Positions 1 through 11,000 of a stretch of DNA of 64,000 nt are shown here, piece by piece (position 1 is the first letter of the stretch; each line of letters begins with the position of its first letter). Below the pieces are notes generated by a model that saw only the letters and a program-made list of their open reading frames with translations, was not told the DNA's origin and ran no database searches. Source of the DNA: an alpha proteobacterium MED-G09 (lineage in GTDB: Bacteria; Pseudomonadota; Alphaproteobacteria; MED-G09). Position numbers and translations under genes: made by a program. The stretch spans positions 147,570 to 211,569 of the forward strand of contig CAJIZT010000007.1 of assembly GCA_905182015.1 (NCBI GenBank), given 5' to 3'.

Positions 1-695
1 AGCTGACCTCTGATAGATTGACGGTCTCTATTATTGATCTTAGTTCCTAAAAATAGATTATCTACAAATCCGTCGCGTTCAGTTGTAGATGCTGAAAGTC
101 TAAAGGAGGTTTTTTCTGTTAGCGGCCCAGTAACCGTTCCTCTAAGTTTTTTTAGACCGTAATCACCAGCAGTAATTTCAAGTTTTCCTCCAAACTCTTG
201 TTCGGGAAGTTTTGTTGTAATACTGATAACACCAGCAGATGAATTTTTACCAAACAGTGTTGATTGAGGTCCTTTAATAACTTCTATGCGTTCAACGGAA
301 ATTAAATCATTAAGAGCTGATTGATTTCTTGAAATCATAACACCATCTATAGATATGGCGACGGCAGGTTCAACACCTGGATTGTTTGCCCCATTTCCAA
401 AACCCCTAATTAAAAAAGTATTTTGATTTGCAAACTGCTGTTGAGCAATCTTTAAGGATGGAACTGAAGATTGAAGATCGAGAACATCACTAATTGCCAG
501 CTGATCCATTTGCTCAACACTAATAACTGAAATAGATATAGGTGCATCCTGAAGTGTTGTCGCCCTTTTGGTGGCAGTAACAACTATTTCTTCAATAAAA
601 ATTGATGGTTGAGTATTTGTTTGGGCTTGTGAGTTATTCGGTGTAACTAAAGTTATAGTTAAAATAAATGCAAATGCATATAGATGCCAACGCAT
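1..695 (-). CDS. TonB-dependent receptor, N-terminal (plug) part; 3' end lies beyond the window edge
   Basis: Minus-strand frame is open from an ATG (rc of cat at 693-695) to position 1. Translation starts MRWHLYAFAFILTITLVTPNNSQAQ (signal peptide), then EEIVVTATKR (TonB-box-like) and plug motifs GPQSTLFGKNSSAGVISITT. A GGGGAG RBS precedes the start. Confidence 0.8.
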   Translation of the reverse strand, partial: MRWHLYAFAFILTITLVTPNNSQAQTNTQPSIFIEEIVVTATKRATTLQDAPISISVISVEQMDQLAISDVLDLQSSVPSLKIAQQQFANQNTFLIRGFGNGANNPGVEPAVAISIDGVMISRNQSALNDLISVERIEVIKGPQSTLFGKNSSAGVISITTKLPEQEFGGKLEITAGDYGLKKLRGTVTGPLTEKTSFRLSASTTERDGFVDNLFLGTKINNRDRQSIRGQ

Positions 696-844
696 AGTAG
701 TCTCCCCTACGTTAACAATGCTTTATTATTATTTTTATTGATTGTTAGTGTTAAAAAAAACTACATTAAAGTATTGATTCATTTAGCACAACATCAAATA
801 CTTATTAATTTTGACTAATGCTTCCCCAATCGACGATGGCTTTT

Positions 845-1762
845 CTATTTAAGATTTATCTCCTTCAGTCTTATCTCTAAGTAATCATTGGCAAGAATTT
901 CTTCAGGGTATAGATTTGGATTTTCTTTATCAATACAATGTTTAAGTGTTTTGATAGAAAAATCTGGATTTAGATGAATAAAAAATGGCATTGAGTATCT
1001 TGAAGTATTTATATTGCCAGAATTAACAACTCTATGTGTGGTTGATTTTAGTTTATTGTTACTCAGCCTTTGGAGCATATCTCCCACATTACAAACAATG
1101 ACATTTGCATCTGTATTTATTGGAAGCCAGTTATTATTTCTATCTAAGACCTCCAATCCTTCTTGCTGGGCTCCAAACAAAAGAGTTATTAAGTTTATAT
1201 CCTCATGTGCCGCAGCTCTAATTCCCTTAATTTTTTTGTTAATAGGCGGATAATGGATGAGTCTAAGTATCGAGTTGCCTTGATTGATTTTATTATCAAA
1301 CCAATTGGGTCTTAGATCTAAATATAAAGAAATATATGAAAGTATTTCTTTTCCTAGACCATCTAAATCATTGAAAAATTTATCTAGTTTTTGATTGAAA
1401 TTTTTTATATTAGAGATCTTTTCATTTTGAGGCATTTTTTCTTTATATGGGTTCAACCAGTTAGACCTCCCATGATGCCAAAATTCTTTTTGGTCTGAGG
1501 ATTTTGCGTTGACTGCCTTCTCTATGCCAAATGGTGTATATCCTCTTTGCCCAGCCCCATTATTCTGCTGATAATTTATCTTATTCTTTAGTGGAAGATT
1601 AAAAATTTTCTTTGAAATCTTTAAGGTATCATTAATAAGTTTTGTATTAATTCCATGATCTTTTATGGCAAAAAAACCAAAATCTTCGCAAGCATGACCA
1701 ATTTCTTTTGCTATGTCATTATTAGAATTGGTTTTCTTTAAAGAGGTTATTGGAATATTCAT
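845..1762 (-). CDS. 2-oxoglutarate/Fe(II)-dependent oxygenase (isopenicillin N synthase-like family)
   Basis: 305-aa ORF. It has a non-haem Fe oxygenase N-terminal region and an HxD...H facial triad (AAAHEDINLITLL ... THRVV). Confidence 0.65.
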   Translation of the reverse strand: MNIPITSLKKTNSNNDIAKEIGHACEDFGFFAIKDHGINTKLINDTLKISKKIFNLPLKNKINYQQNNGAGQRGYTPFGIEKAVNAKSSDQKEFWHHGRSNWLNPYKEKMPQNEKISNIKNFNQKLDKFFNDLDGLGKEILSYISLYLDLRPNWFDNKINQGNSILRLIHYPPINKKIKGIRAAAHEDINLITLLFGAQQEGLEVLDRNNNWLPINTDANVIVCNVGDMLQRLSNNKLKSTTHRVVNSGNINTSRYSMPFFIHLNPDFSIKTLKHCIDKENPNLYPEEILANDYLEIRLKEINLK

Positions 1763-1771
1763 TTTTTAAAG

Positions 1772-2191
1772 TTATTTGGTTTCTATATTCAATTGACCTT
1801 TTAAGCCTAAAGATCGGCGCTTTTCACTCTCCAGATAGTCTTTATCTATAATCATTTCAAGCATAGCTTTTCTAATAGGATATTTTACTATCACTACCCA
1901 ATCCCATAATTCTTCAATTTCACCAATCATTAATTGACTTACAACTCCAGAAAAAATTCCTTCACCGCCAACTTTTTTTAAATGAATATTTTGACATGCT
2001 TGACTATAAATAGCCCAAGCCTCCTGTCCTGTTCGGTCCTGTCCTGTGATGTTTGTTTCTCGCCTATCTTTATAGACAGCTGTTTCTTTAAACTTTAAAA
2101 GATTTATCATGGATATTGGTTTATCTACATCTCCTTTACTAAAATCCTCTATTTGTTCATCATTAGGTCTTAGAGCGTTCTTAATTTTCAT
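1772..2191 (-). CDS. DUF1330-family protein
   Basis: 139-aa ORF whose size and sequence pattern are typical of DUF1330. It overlaps the upstream gene by 4 bp. Confidence 0.5.
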   Translation of the reverse strand: MKIKNALRPNDEQIEDFSKGDVDKPISMINLLKFKETAVYKDRRETNITGQDRTGQEAWAIYSQACQNIHLKKVGGEGIFSGVVSQLMIGEIEELWDWVVIVKYPIRKAMLEMIIDKDYLESEKRRSLGLKGQLNIETK

Positions 2192-2976
2192 TTCTTTACT
2201 TCCCCATTGCTAATTATTTTATTTGCCTTAACCACTAATGCTCCGAGTGGTGTGCTGATGATAAACTTTATTGGAATCCAAACCTTCTCTTTCTCAAAAT
2301 AACTATACCAGTATCTAATAGAGTTGCGCTCTGAGGCAGTTTCAAGAAAATCACTATCCTCATAGCCAATTATTGGATTAAAGGATCCCATACAAATAAA
2401 TGTTTCATATTCAATTTCATCAATAATGAGTTTTGTTTTTTTATTTTTTTTACTCATTTTAATTTCATAAGAGCGGACTCCATCAAAACTTTTACTATTT
2501 TCTAAGCATGGATTTTTGAGAGTACCAGAAACAACAAATGCACTATTGGGGTCTCTAGAATTTGTACCATATTTCTTTAGCTCATCCATGCTTAATGTAT
2601 CACTGTCATTATATTTTGGATCAGATTCTAATTCCACGGGAATACCTTCCCGATACTTTATTCTTGCATTCCTTGACTTATTTTTATTTTTTATTTCATA
2701 GGAGAAAGTATAAAGTTCCGGTTGAATTTGGTTATTAATCAAAATACCTTTACTTTCCGAGCTAAAAACAAAACTCACGAAAGTATCGACTATACCTGCT
2801 GCTAATATTTCAGTTTTAATATTCCATTTTTCTTTTTTCAAGTTTACCGAATAGGTTAATTCAGCAATTCGCAAACCACCAAGGTTTGCGGAATATGAAA
2901 TAGTATTCTGAGCTTTTAACTGTAACGGATTATTAATTAATAATATTAATGCGGTAATTAATTTATATTTTTTCAT
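2188..2976 (-). CDS. secreted hypothetical protein (DUF3108-like)
   Basis: 262-aa ORF with an N-terminal signal peptide (MKKYKLITALILLINNPLQLKAQN) and a SLGGLRIAEL motif resembling DUF3108. It is translationally coupled to the DUF1330 gene. Confidence 0.4.
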   Translation of the reverse strand: MKKYKLITALILLINNPLQLKAQNTISYSANLGGLRIAELTYSVNLKKEKWNIKTEILAAGIVDTFVSFVFSSESKGILINNQIQPELYTFSYEIKNKNKSRNARIKYREGIPVELESDPKYNDSDTLSMDELKKYGTNSRDPNSAFVVSGTLKNPCLENSKSFDGVRSYEIKMSKKNKKTKLIIDEIEYETFICMGSFNPIIGYEDSDFLETASERNSIRYWYSYFEKEKVWIPIKFIISTPLGALVVKANKIISNGEVKK

Positions 2977-3065
2977 TTTATCTACTCCAACTTAACAAAC
3001 CTTACAATCAAGTCTAGCTTGTTTTTTATAAGAGGGCTATTGTCTGATTGATTTGGAGTTATAGT

Positions 3066-3692
3066 ATGAAATTTAAAGCGATAATATGGGATTTTGGCGG
3101 CGTAATAACTTCCAGTCCCTTTGATGCCTTTAATGATTTTGAAGGATCTAATGGTCTTCCTAAAGACACAATAAGAACAATAAACTCTGAGAATCCAGAT
3201 AACAATGCTTGGGCGAAATTCGAAAGGAATGATATCGGTTTAGATGAATTTGATAATTTATTTGGAATCGAGGCTGGGCTAAAAGGCTTTAAAATTACTG
3301 GAAAACAGATTGTGAGATTATTATCAGGAACAATTAGACCCATTATGGTTGATTTTCTTTTGAGCTTAAAGGGCCAATACAAGCTTGGGTGTATAACGAA
3401 TAATGTACAGTCTGACGAGAAAGTTAAGGCAGCTCTAATAAATGATGCATCGCGGGTTATGAAGATATTTGATCATGTTATTGAATCCTCAAAAATAGGT
3501 ATCAGAAAGCCCGATCCAAAGATTTATGAAATGTCATGCAAATCTCTAGAGGTCTCGGCTAATGAGTGTATCTATCTTGATGATCTGGGTATAAACTTAA
3601 AGCCTGCGCGTACTTTGGGGATGACGACCATCAAGGTTATTGATCCGCATGTTGCTATCGCTGAAGTAAAAGAATACCTTAATTGGGTGTAA
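3066..3692 (+). CDS. HAD-superfamily hydrolase (subfamily IA-like)
   Basis: N-terminal motif AIIWDFGGVIT (HAD motif I variant) and downstream YLDDLG motif. Start chosen at MKFK (ATG at 3066), which has a GGAG RBS. Confidence 0.65.
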   Translation: MKFKAIIWDFGGVITSSPFDAFNDFEGSNGLPKDTIRTINSENPDNNAWAKFERNDIGLDEFDNLFGIEAGLKGFKITGKQIVRLLSGTIRPIMVDFLLSLKGQYKLGCITNNVQSDEKVKAALINDASRVMKIFDHVIESSKIGIRKPDPKIYEMSCKSLEVSANECIYLDDLGINLKPARTLGMTTIKVIDPHVAIAEVKEYLNWV

Positions 3693-3698
3693 AGATTT

Positions 3699-4988
3699 AT
3701 GGAAAATAATCAAAATACGATAGCAAGTTTAGGACCTGGAATAAGAGTAAAAACCCTCATTAATTTGAGGTGGGTTGCTGCATTAGGTCAAATAATTACC
3801 TGTATAGTTGTAGGTTATTTCTTTGGTTTTCAATTACCATGGCTGGAGTTACTCCTAACAATATTTGCGCTAGTTATCTCTAATTTGATTTTATACCCCC
3901 TTTACTCAACCAAGAATAGATTAAGCGAAACCTCGACAACCTTTGTTATCGCTGGCGACATTGTTCAACTGGCTTTGCTAATATTTTTTACAGGGGGCTT
4001 AGCCAATCCGTTTGTTGTTTTATTTATAACCCCAATTGCAATCACGGTTACAAGTCTACCAATAAAATCAACTTCAATTCTTATAACTCTAACTATTATT
4101 TTTATTACTATTCTAGGATACGTCAATTACCCTCTTGTCAATAACGCGATCAATCTATCCTCTCCTCCGATTTTTATTTTAGGAATGTGGGTTTCTCTTT
4201 TTGTAACAATTTTATTTTTAACTTTTTATGCTGGCGGCCTAACTGATGAATCTAGAAAAATATCAGCAGCCTTAAAGATAGCAGAAAATTTACTAGTAAA
4301 AGAAAAGAACCTGTCTTCACTGGATGGATTGGCGGCCGCCGCAGCTCATCACCTTGGAACTCCGTTAGGCACCATCAGTTTAATTGCAAATGAACTGAAA
4401 GATGATAATGATATCCCTCAATCGGCAAAAGAGGACCTAATGATTCTGTCTGATGAGGTCGACAAGTGTAAAAAAATTCTTGGTTCCCTGGGAGAAAAAC
4501 CATCTAGTGATGATGATCTTATTACAAAGATAGAACTTCAGGCTCTCCTTGAGGAATTGTGTGAGCTGATTAAAGTAAAAGGCATAAAATTTTCAATTAA
4601 TTTCAATAATGATGGTCTTGACCTTAAGAAGGTTTTATTAAAAAGGCGATCCGAATTACTTCTGGGTTTATCTAATATTGTTGAAAATGCAGCTGACTTT
4701 GCAAAGGATATCGTTGAATTAAACGTAACTCATGTCGAAGATTCTATAAGACTAGAAATCAGTGATGATGGACCAGGATTTTCTGGTTCCATTTTAAGTA
4801 GGCTTGGAGATCCTTATGTTTCAAGTCGACCAAATCCTTCTGATCAAGGTAATGGTCTGGGGTTGGGTTTTTTTATTTCAAAAACATTATTAGAGAGACT
4901 GGGCATCAAGGTTCTTGCGTATAACAAAGTTTATCCAGACCACGGGGCTATAGTTTCAATTTCAATTCCGGTAGACGAGCGAAGTTAG
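3699..4988 (+). CDS. regB: redox-responsive sensor histidine kinase RegB/PrrB/RegS family
   Basis: Six predicted TM helices, H-box AAAAAHHLGTPLGTISL (RegB-type HELGTPL variant), and HATPase G-boxes GNGLGLGFFISK. It is followed co-directionally by a RegA-type regulator. Confidence 0.7.
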   Translation: MENNQNTIASLGPGIRVKTLINLRWVAALGQIITCIVVGYFFGFQLPWLELLLTIFALVISNLILYPLYSTKNRLSETSTTFVIAGDIVQLALLIFFTGGLANPFVVLFITPIAITVTSLPIKSTSILITLTIIFITILGYVNYPLVNNAINLSSPPIFILGMWVSLFVTILFLTFYAGGLTDESRKISAALKIAENLLVKEKNLSSLDGLAAAAAHHLGTPLGTISLIANELKDDNDIPQSAKEDLMILSDEVDKCKKILGSLGEKPSSDDDLITKIELQALLEELCELIKVKGIKFSINFNNDGLDLKKVLLKRRSELLLGLSNIVENAADFAKDIVELNVTHVEDSIRLEISDDGPGFSGSILSRLGDPYVSSRPNPSDQGNGLGLGFFISKTLLERLGIKVLAYNKVYPDHGAIVSISIPVDERS

Positions 4989-5018
4989 AGCTTGTAAAAG
5001 AAAGGATAAATAAAAGGT

Positions 5019-5558
5019 ATGATTAAATTGCACGATAGAAAAAATATTATTGTCGTTGATGATGATCAGGTTTGGTTAAACCAGTTGTCTCGAGCGTTAA
5101 CAAGAAGAGGGTGTGTGACTTTTGAAGCTAAATCAGTTCAAGAAGCTAGATTGGTATTAGATTCAGAAGAAATTGACTATGGAGTAATTGATCTCCGGTT
5201 AGGCGATGGAGATGGGTTGGAGGTTATATTGGAGCTTCAAAAAATTAACCCAAAAGCGCGATCAGTTATTCTTACTGGATTTGGCAATATTGCCAATGCT
5301 GTTTCAGCAATCAAAGTTGGTGCTATTGATTATTTATCTAAACCAGCAGGTATTGATGATATATGCGCTGCTCTTTTTGCAAAAACAACTAAAAAACCTG
5401 CTCCTCCAGAAGAACCGATGAGCGCAAATCGTGTAAGGTGGGAGCATATACAGAGGGTTTATGAGCTTTGTGATAAGAATGTATCTGAAACTGCAAGAAG
5501 ATTAAAAATGCATAGGAGAACTCTTCAAAGAATTTTGTCTAAGAGAGCCCCAAATTAA
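5019..5558 (+). CDS. regA: response regulator RegA/PrrA/ActR family (REC + FIS-type HTH)
   Basis: REC domain (VVDDD ... D-L-R-L-G-D ... SKP) and a C-terminal HTH (RWEHIQRVYELCDKNVSETARRLKMHRRTLQRIL) nearly invariant in RegA homologs. Confidence 0.75.
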   Translation: MIKLHDRKNIIVVDDDQVWLNQLSRALTRRGCVTFEAKSVQEARLVLDSEEIDYGVIDLRLGDGDGLEVILELQKINPKARSVILTGFGNIANAVSAIKVGAIDYLSKPAGIDDICAALFAKTTKKPAPPEEPMSANRVRWEHIQRVYELCDKNVSETARRLKMHRRTLQRILSKRAPN

Positions 5559-6043
5559 GTATCAATAATAGTGATAAATTGCTCAAGAGCTTTTTCTGAA
5601 AATTTTAACATATTTTCCATTCGATTTTCTGAATTTGTATATATATGATTTGTTTTTTCTTTTATTCCTGCGACAGAAAAACAAGAGTAACCAGCTGGGT
5701 CGCCATAACCATTTCCCAAGGGTCCTGAAGCTCCAGTCTCTCCAATACACCAATCCGTATTATACATTTCACAACCTTTTTGAGCTATTAGTAATGCAAA
5801 AGGCTCGCTGCTAGAACGTATATTTTTTTCTTTCAATTCTCTCAATCTTAAACCTGTTAGAGCCCTTATAGATCGAGCGGTATAGACAACCTGCCCACCC
5901 ATATAATATTTAGAAGCTCCAGAATGTGATAATAGCGCAGCAGATATTAACCCTCCTGATGATGACTCCACAACGGATATAGTTTGTTCTTTGTTTTTTA
6001 AGATTTCTGATACCCTATTTGAGATCTCTCTTAATTTATCCAT
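5555..6043 (-). CDS. CinA C-terminal domain protein (PncC-like nicotinamide-nucleotide amidohydrolase)
   Basis: Motifs ISVVESSSGGLISAALL ... IGETGASGP. Start set at the internal Met (MDKLREISNR) to avoid a 68-bp overlap with the upstream gene. Confidence 0.65.
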   Translation of the reverse strand: MDKLREISNRVSEILKNKEQTISVVESSSGGLISAALLSHSGASKYYMGGQVVYTARSIRALTGLRLRELKEKNIRSSSEPFALLIAQKGCEMYNTDWCIGETGASGPLGNGYGDPAGYSCFSVAGIKEKTNHIYTNSENRMENMLKFSEKALEQFITIIDT

Positions 6044-6851
6044 TCTTCTTCTCCTTGATAAAACGACTTCCTTTTTTTGGTGGGTCTTCTGGAGGTCCAG
6101 CAAAGCACTGTGCTATTGACATCCACATTGAGGCAACATCACCCTTTACTATCAAACTTGTATCTTTAATATTTCTAACCTGAGTTACAACCTGACAAAA
6201 TTCTGTTGCACTTCCTATAATCGAATTATCATTATTTTGTGTATTCCATTCCCATTTTTCGTTAGTTGGAGATTCTAAAATTAACTTAGGCCGATCTTTG
6301 GGAACTTCAATGGATCTATTTCTATAGGTCCACCCAAAAGTATTGATACCCATAATTACAATATTTTTAATACGATCATCGTCTTTTCTAATAATTCCAA
6401 GCTGATCATATATTTCTTGTCCGTGAGACCATGTCTCCATAAGCCTAGCAGTTATACTGGATCGTACACTCATATCTGGACCGGCCCACTTAACTCTTTT
6501 TTTTGGATCAGCCTCTGAGAACTTATCAGATACTTTTTCGAAACCCTCTTTCCATTCAGCCAGAAGATCAGCACCAGATCTATTATTGGAAAGTTCTTTT
6601 TCATAAGCCCTTGCGGAGTAACCAGCCCTAATTGTATTAAAAAATTTTTTCATAAATTTAGTAAACTCTTCTTGGTCAGATAGGGATAGATAAGCAGCGT
6701 TATTCCATACATGAAGATGGTAAAGAACGTCATTAATGGTCCATGATTTGAATTGAGTTTGAGAATTAAAGAGATCATCCTTTGTGCCTTTTAATACATC
6801 ATACAATGCATTACTTTCATCTCTAAAATCTATACTTTGTTTTAATGCCAT
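6036..6851 (-). CDS. DinB/maleylpyruvate-isomerase N-terminal domain family protein
   Basis: 271-aa ORF. Its helix-bundle pattern with conserved His (YHLHVWNN ... ETWSHGQEI) is typical of DinB_2/MDMPI_N proteins. Confidence 0.4.
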   Translation of the reverse strand: MALKQSIDFRDESNALYDVLKGTKDDLFNSQTQFKSWTINDVLYHLHVWNNAAYLSLSDQEEFTKFMKKFFNTIRAGYSARAYEKELSNNRSGADLLAEWKEGFEKVSDKFSEADPKKRVKWAGPDMSVRSSITARLMETWSHGQEIYDQLGIIRKDDDRIKNIVIMGINTFGWTYRNRSIEVPKDRPKLILESPTNEKWEWNTQNNDNSIIGSATEFCQVVTQVRNIKDTSLIVKGDVASMWMSIAQCFAGPPEDPPKKGSRFIKEKKNG

Positions 6852-6969
6852 TGATCGCTAATTTATAAAATAGTAATAGATTAGGGGTACCCAGATGAGT
6901 GAGGTTGTTATTAAGCCCTTTATAGCTTGGTAAGTAATCCATAGCCAAAAATAACGCTTACAAAACTCT

Positions 6970-7986
6970 TTAATTTTTTTGAACATATGACAACCAACTT
7001 GGTATAGGTAAATTATTTTCTTCTAAAAAACCAGCATTAAACATTTTGCCTTGGTAGCGATTAGCTAGATCACATAAAATAGTTACTATTGTTTTTCCTT
7101 TACCTAGAGATTTAGCTAATTTTTTTGCTCCAGCAATATTTATTCCAGAAGATAACCCTAAAAATAAACCCTCTTTTTCAATTAAATCATATAAAATAGT
7201 TAATGCCTCGGAATCTTTAACTCTAAATGGGATATCCACTGACATTCCTTTAATATTTTCTGTGACCCTTCCTTGTCCTATTCCCTCTGTTATTGAGCTT
7301 CCCTCTGACTTAAGTTCGCCATCTTTAAAAAAACTATACATACAAGCGCCCATAGGGTCGGCAAGTCCTATATTTATTTTTTTATTCTTAGATTTTAAGT
7401 AAGATCCTACTCCAGAAAGAGTTCCGCCCGTTCCGATAGCGCATATAAAGCCATCGATTGTACCATTGGTTTGTTCCCATATTTCCGGTCCTGTTGTTTC
7501 AATATGCGCTCTTTGGTTTGCAACGTTATCAAACTGATTTGCCCAGTAAGCTCCATTAGTAAGCTTTTTATTTAAGTCCTTAGCAAGATCACCAGAATAT
7601 TTAATATAATTATTTGGATCTTTATATGGAACAGCAGGTACCTGAATTAATTCTGCACCAGAAAAACGAATAGCATCTTTTTTTTCTTGTGATTGAGTGT
7701 CTGGCATAACGATTGTAGTTTTGTAACCTAACGAATTTCCCACAAGGGATAGCCCAATCCCAGTATTACCTGCGGTACCTTCGATTATTGTTCCGCCCTT
7801 ACCTAGTAATTTTTTTTGTTCTGCATCTCTAATAATATAAAGAGCCGCCCTGTCTTTTATTGACTGTCCTGGGTTAAGGAATTCTGCTTTTCCATATATT
7901 TTACAACCAGTTTCTTCAGAAGCACTTTTTAAATAAATTAATGGCGTATTCCCAATCATTTCTATTATATTATTATATTTTTTCAT
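6970..7986 (-). CDS. cysteine synthase / PLP-dependent beta-replacement enzyme (CysK/CysM family)
   Basis: PLP-lysine motif SIKDRAALYII and glycine-rich loops GTAGNTGIGLS and GTGGTLSG. Confidence 0.75.
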   Translation of the reverse strand: MKKYNNIIEMIGNTPLIYLKSASEETGCKIYGKAEFLNPGQSIKDRAALYIIRDAEQKKLLGKGGTIIEGTAGNTGIGLSLVGNSLGYKTTIVMPDTQSQEKKDAIRFSGAELIQVPAVPYKDPNNYIKYSGDLAKDLNKKLTNGAYWANQFDNVANQRAHIETTGPEIWEQTNGTIDGFICAIGTGGTLSGVGSYLKSKNKKINIGLADPMGACMYSFFKDGELKSEGSSITEGIGQGRVTENIKGMSVDIPFRVKDSEALTILYDLIEKEGLFLGLSSGINIAGAKKLAKSLGKGKTIVTILCDLANRYQGKMFNAGFLEENNLPIPSWLSYVQKN

Positions 7987-8064
7987 ATATTTAGGTCTTT
8001 ATGTCACATATAAAACAGGATATGTATCTTATAAAAATAGAAATCAGATTATGATAATTAAATA

Positions 8065-11000
8065 ATGAAAACATTAAAACACATAAGAAAAAAAATGATA
8101 ACAATATTATCACTTAAAGAAAAATTTAATTTACACCACGTTATTTTAATTATTCTCGTATTATTCCTGCCTGATAACGTCATCTCTGAAGAAGAAAACA
8201 TAATTGACGATATAGTAGTGGTTGGTAGCAGAATAAATAATGAAAGATTGATAAAAATACTACCAGTAACAATTATTAGATCAGAAGAGATTGAATTGCT
8301 GGGAATAGATTCCGGTGATGACTTAATAGCAAGTTTGGTAGAGCAGGGAACAAATAAATTCAATGATGCTGGCAACGCTATTGCCGGCGTAAATAGTGCT
8401 CGTGGAGATATGGGAGCCTTTAATCTTCGTAATATGGGGACTGGTAATACATTAGTTTTACTAAACGGAAGAAGGTTAATAAACTCGCCAAGCTTTCAAT
8501 CAGAGTCGGTTGGAGGAAGTTTTGTTCCTGTTAATTCAGTAAACACAAATACTTTGCCTGTAAGAGGAATCGAAAGACTTGAGATCTTAAGAGACGGCTC
8601 GTCAGCAATTTATGGTGCTGATGCAGTCGCAGGTGTTATTAATGTAGTTACAAAAAAAAATATTGAGGGTTTCGCCCTAAGAGTTAAGGCGACTAGTTTT
8701 GAAAATTTTAATCGATCAGATTCCCAAATAAATTTTGAATATGGATCAAATTTTAATTCTGGTAATACTAAGTTATCTTTGATTTACAGCTATTATGATC
8801 GTGATCCAGTTAAGGCAAGTGAAGATGAGCGTATGGGCATTTCTAACTGGAGAGACCTTCCTCAAATCGCAGGGACTAAATGGGATACTACGCGTTTTAG
8901 AAGAAGCTCAATTAACTCACCTTACGGACAGTTTGATGTTGAACGAAGTGTTAAAGGGTTTAGATTTTTTAATGAGCAAGGATTAACAGATAAATCCGGT
9001 GAATTTGAGATATTTCCCGATACTGAACCAAAGTGCTTGGTCGACCTTAAAAATGGGGCATGTATAGCAGCTGATACATCGACAAAACGATACAACCTCA
9101 ATACAGAAAGATGGGTTATATCAGATCTAAGCAGGAACAATCTCCAGGTTAACCTTTCTCATGACTTTACTGGCGGTGTTCGAGGGTTTACTGAATTATC
9201 TTATTATTCTTCAGAAACTAAACAAAACAATAGCCCTTCTACTACATTCTCGTCATCAAAATTAATTGTTCCTGAGTCCAATTACTGGAATCCTTTCGGA
9301 GTTAAATTTCTTCCTGATGGGACTATCAATCCTAATCGTCTGAATGATTCTGACGCTATGGGTATTCCTGATGAAGGCCTCGCAATAATTATGGACAATT
9401 ATAGGTTTGTTGATGTGGGGCCGAGAAGAGTAAACGTCGAAAAAGATACTTATAGACTCTTGCAGGGATTCAGGGGGGCTTGGAAAGGTTGGGATTGGGA
9501 AACAGCATTATTTATTTCTAAAGCAAGCTCTGATGACATAACAAGTAACCGATTATCAAATACCTTAGTAGAGGAATCATTATCGTTATCTTCACCTCAA
9601 GCATATAACCCGTTTAATGGAGGAGGTAACTATGATGACTATTTATTGTACGGAAAGGATCAGACCTCTAGTGGGGAAGGTTCAATTGAAAATGCTATTA
9701 TTGACGTTTATAGAAAAGGTGAAAGGGAGTTAAAAGGGTGGGACCTTAGGTTAGAAAATTTAAATTTTTTACAAATAAATTCTGGATTTATTGCACTTGT
9801 GACGGGAATAGAGTTTCGCGAAGACTCATTTAAGGATGATCGAGATCCAAGGCTGGATGGTACAATCCAATATACGGATAGTGATGGAGATACATACCCC
9901 TTTGTAAGTGATGTTATTAACTCAAGCCCGACCCCAGATAACTCTGGTAAAAGAGATGTGTTTTCAGCCTTTATCGAATTAGCCATCCCTTTGATTTCTA
10001 ATGAAATGAACATTCCGTTCGTAAGGAGTTTGGATGTTCAGCTTGCAGGCAGGTATGAAGATTTTTCTGACATAGGAAGTAAGGCCGTCCCAAAAATTGG
10101 TATTGGTTGGCAGGTAGATGATGAAGTTATGTTTAGGGGTTCATGGTCAAAAGGATTTAGAGCTCCAAATTTAATTCAGATCAATGAATCAATAGGAGCA
10201 CGTCAGATTTACGGTGTTGATGCGCTTCTGTGCCTTCAACAAATAAATAATAATGGAACAATAGATTATTGTGATTACTCCCTTCAAAAAATTGCGAGAG
10301 GCAGTGGAGAATTAAAGGCTGAAGAATCAACAAATTTTTCAATCGGCGTTGTGTACGAGCCTAAAAGTATTAGGAATCTAATCTTCACATTAGATTGGTG
10401 GAAAATTGAGAAAGAAGACACCATAGGGCTCTTTGGCGAAGATAATATTATGCTTACAGATTTAGTTTTGCGTATGGAGTCTAATAACTTAACTGATTGC
10501 TCTTTAGTACAGTCCAGTCCTTTTGTTTTTAGAGAAGACCCTGATGAAGGCCAGATTGAAGATTACCTAAACGCGGGAATTTGTCCTGCAGGGCGTGTTT
10601 CTAGAGTTGAGGAAAGTTATCAAAATTTAGACACAAGAATTTTGAGTGGTTTCGACGTTTCTCTATATTATTCCCTAAAGAGTTCTCTAGGAAATTTTAA
10701 ATTTGCTTTAAATATTGCTAAATTAGAAGAGTTTAAGCAGCAAGCTGGTAACGATTTTATTAAACTTATTGATGCGCAAGAGAAGAATATTATTCCCAAG
10801 GAATTAGCCATCAGCGGGTTCTCAGATCTTTTAGAAAAAGATGGGTCACCCGAGATGCAGGCAAGTATAAGGTTTCTTTGGAGCAATGGGCCCTTAGGCC
10901 TTGGATTTTTTGCGAAGCATGTAGGTGAATTCTATGAAACGAGGAATAGACTTTCCGATGGAACCTTATGGACAGTCGAGGATTATAATACAATTAATGG

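Noticed and set aside
1014-1253. Plus-strand 79-aa ORF inside the 2OG oxygenase gene, and similar antisense or embedded ORFs from the track (e.g. 2516-2701, 3059-3382, 5206-5421, 8058-8375, 18143-18409, 18348-18692, 18689-19115, 23591-23947, 24193-24420, 25488-25757)
   Set aside because: Each lies antisense to or inside a strongly supported gene, has low-complexity hydrophobic translation typical of AT-rich antisense frames, and has no RBS or conservation signal.
2020-2055. Short direct repeat TCCTGTCCTGT x2 inside the DUF1330 gene
   Set aside because: It only encodes a TGQDRTGQ peptide repeat; it is too short and coding to be a regulatory or CRISPR-like element.
3048-3065. Longer start for the HAD hydrolase (MIWSYS...)
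   Set aside because: The downstream ATG at 3066 has a GGAG RBS, and the conserved HAD motif I begins right after it. The longer form adds six non-conserved residues.
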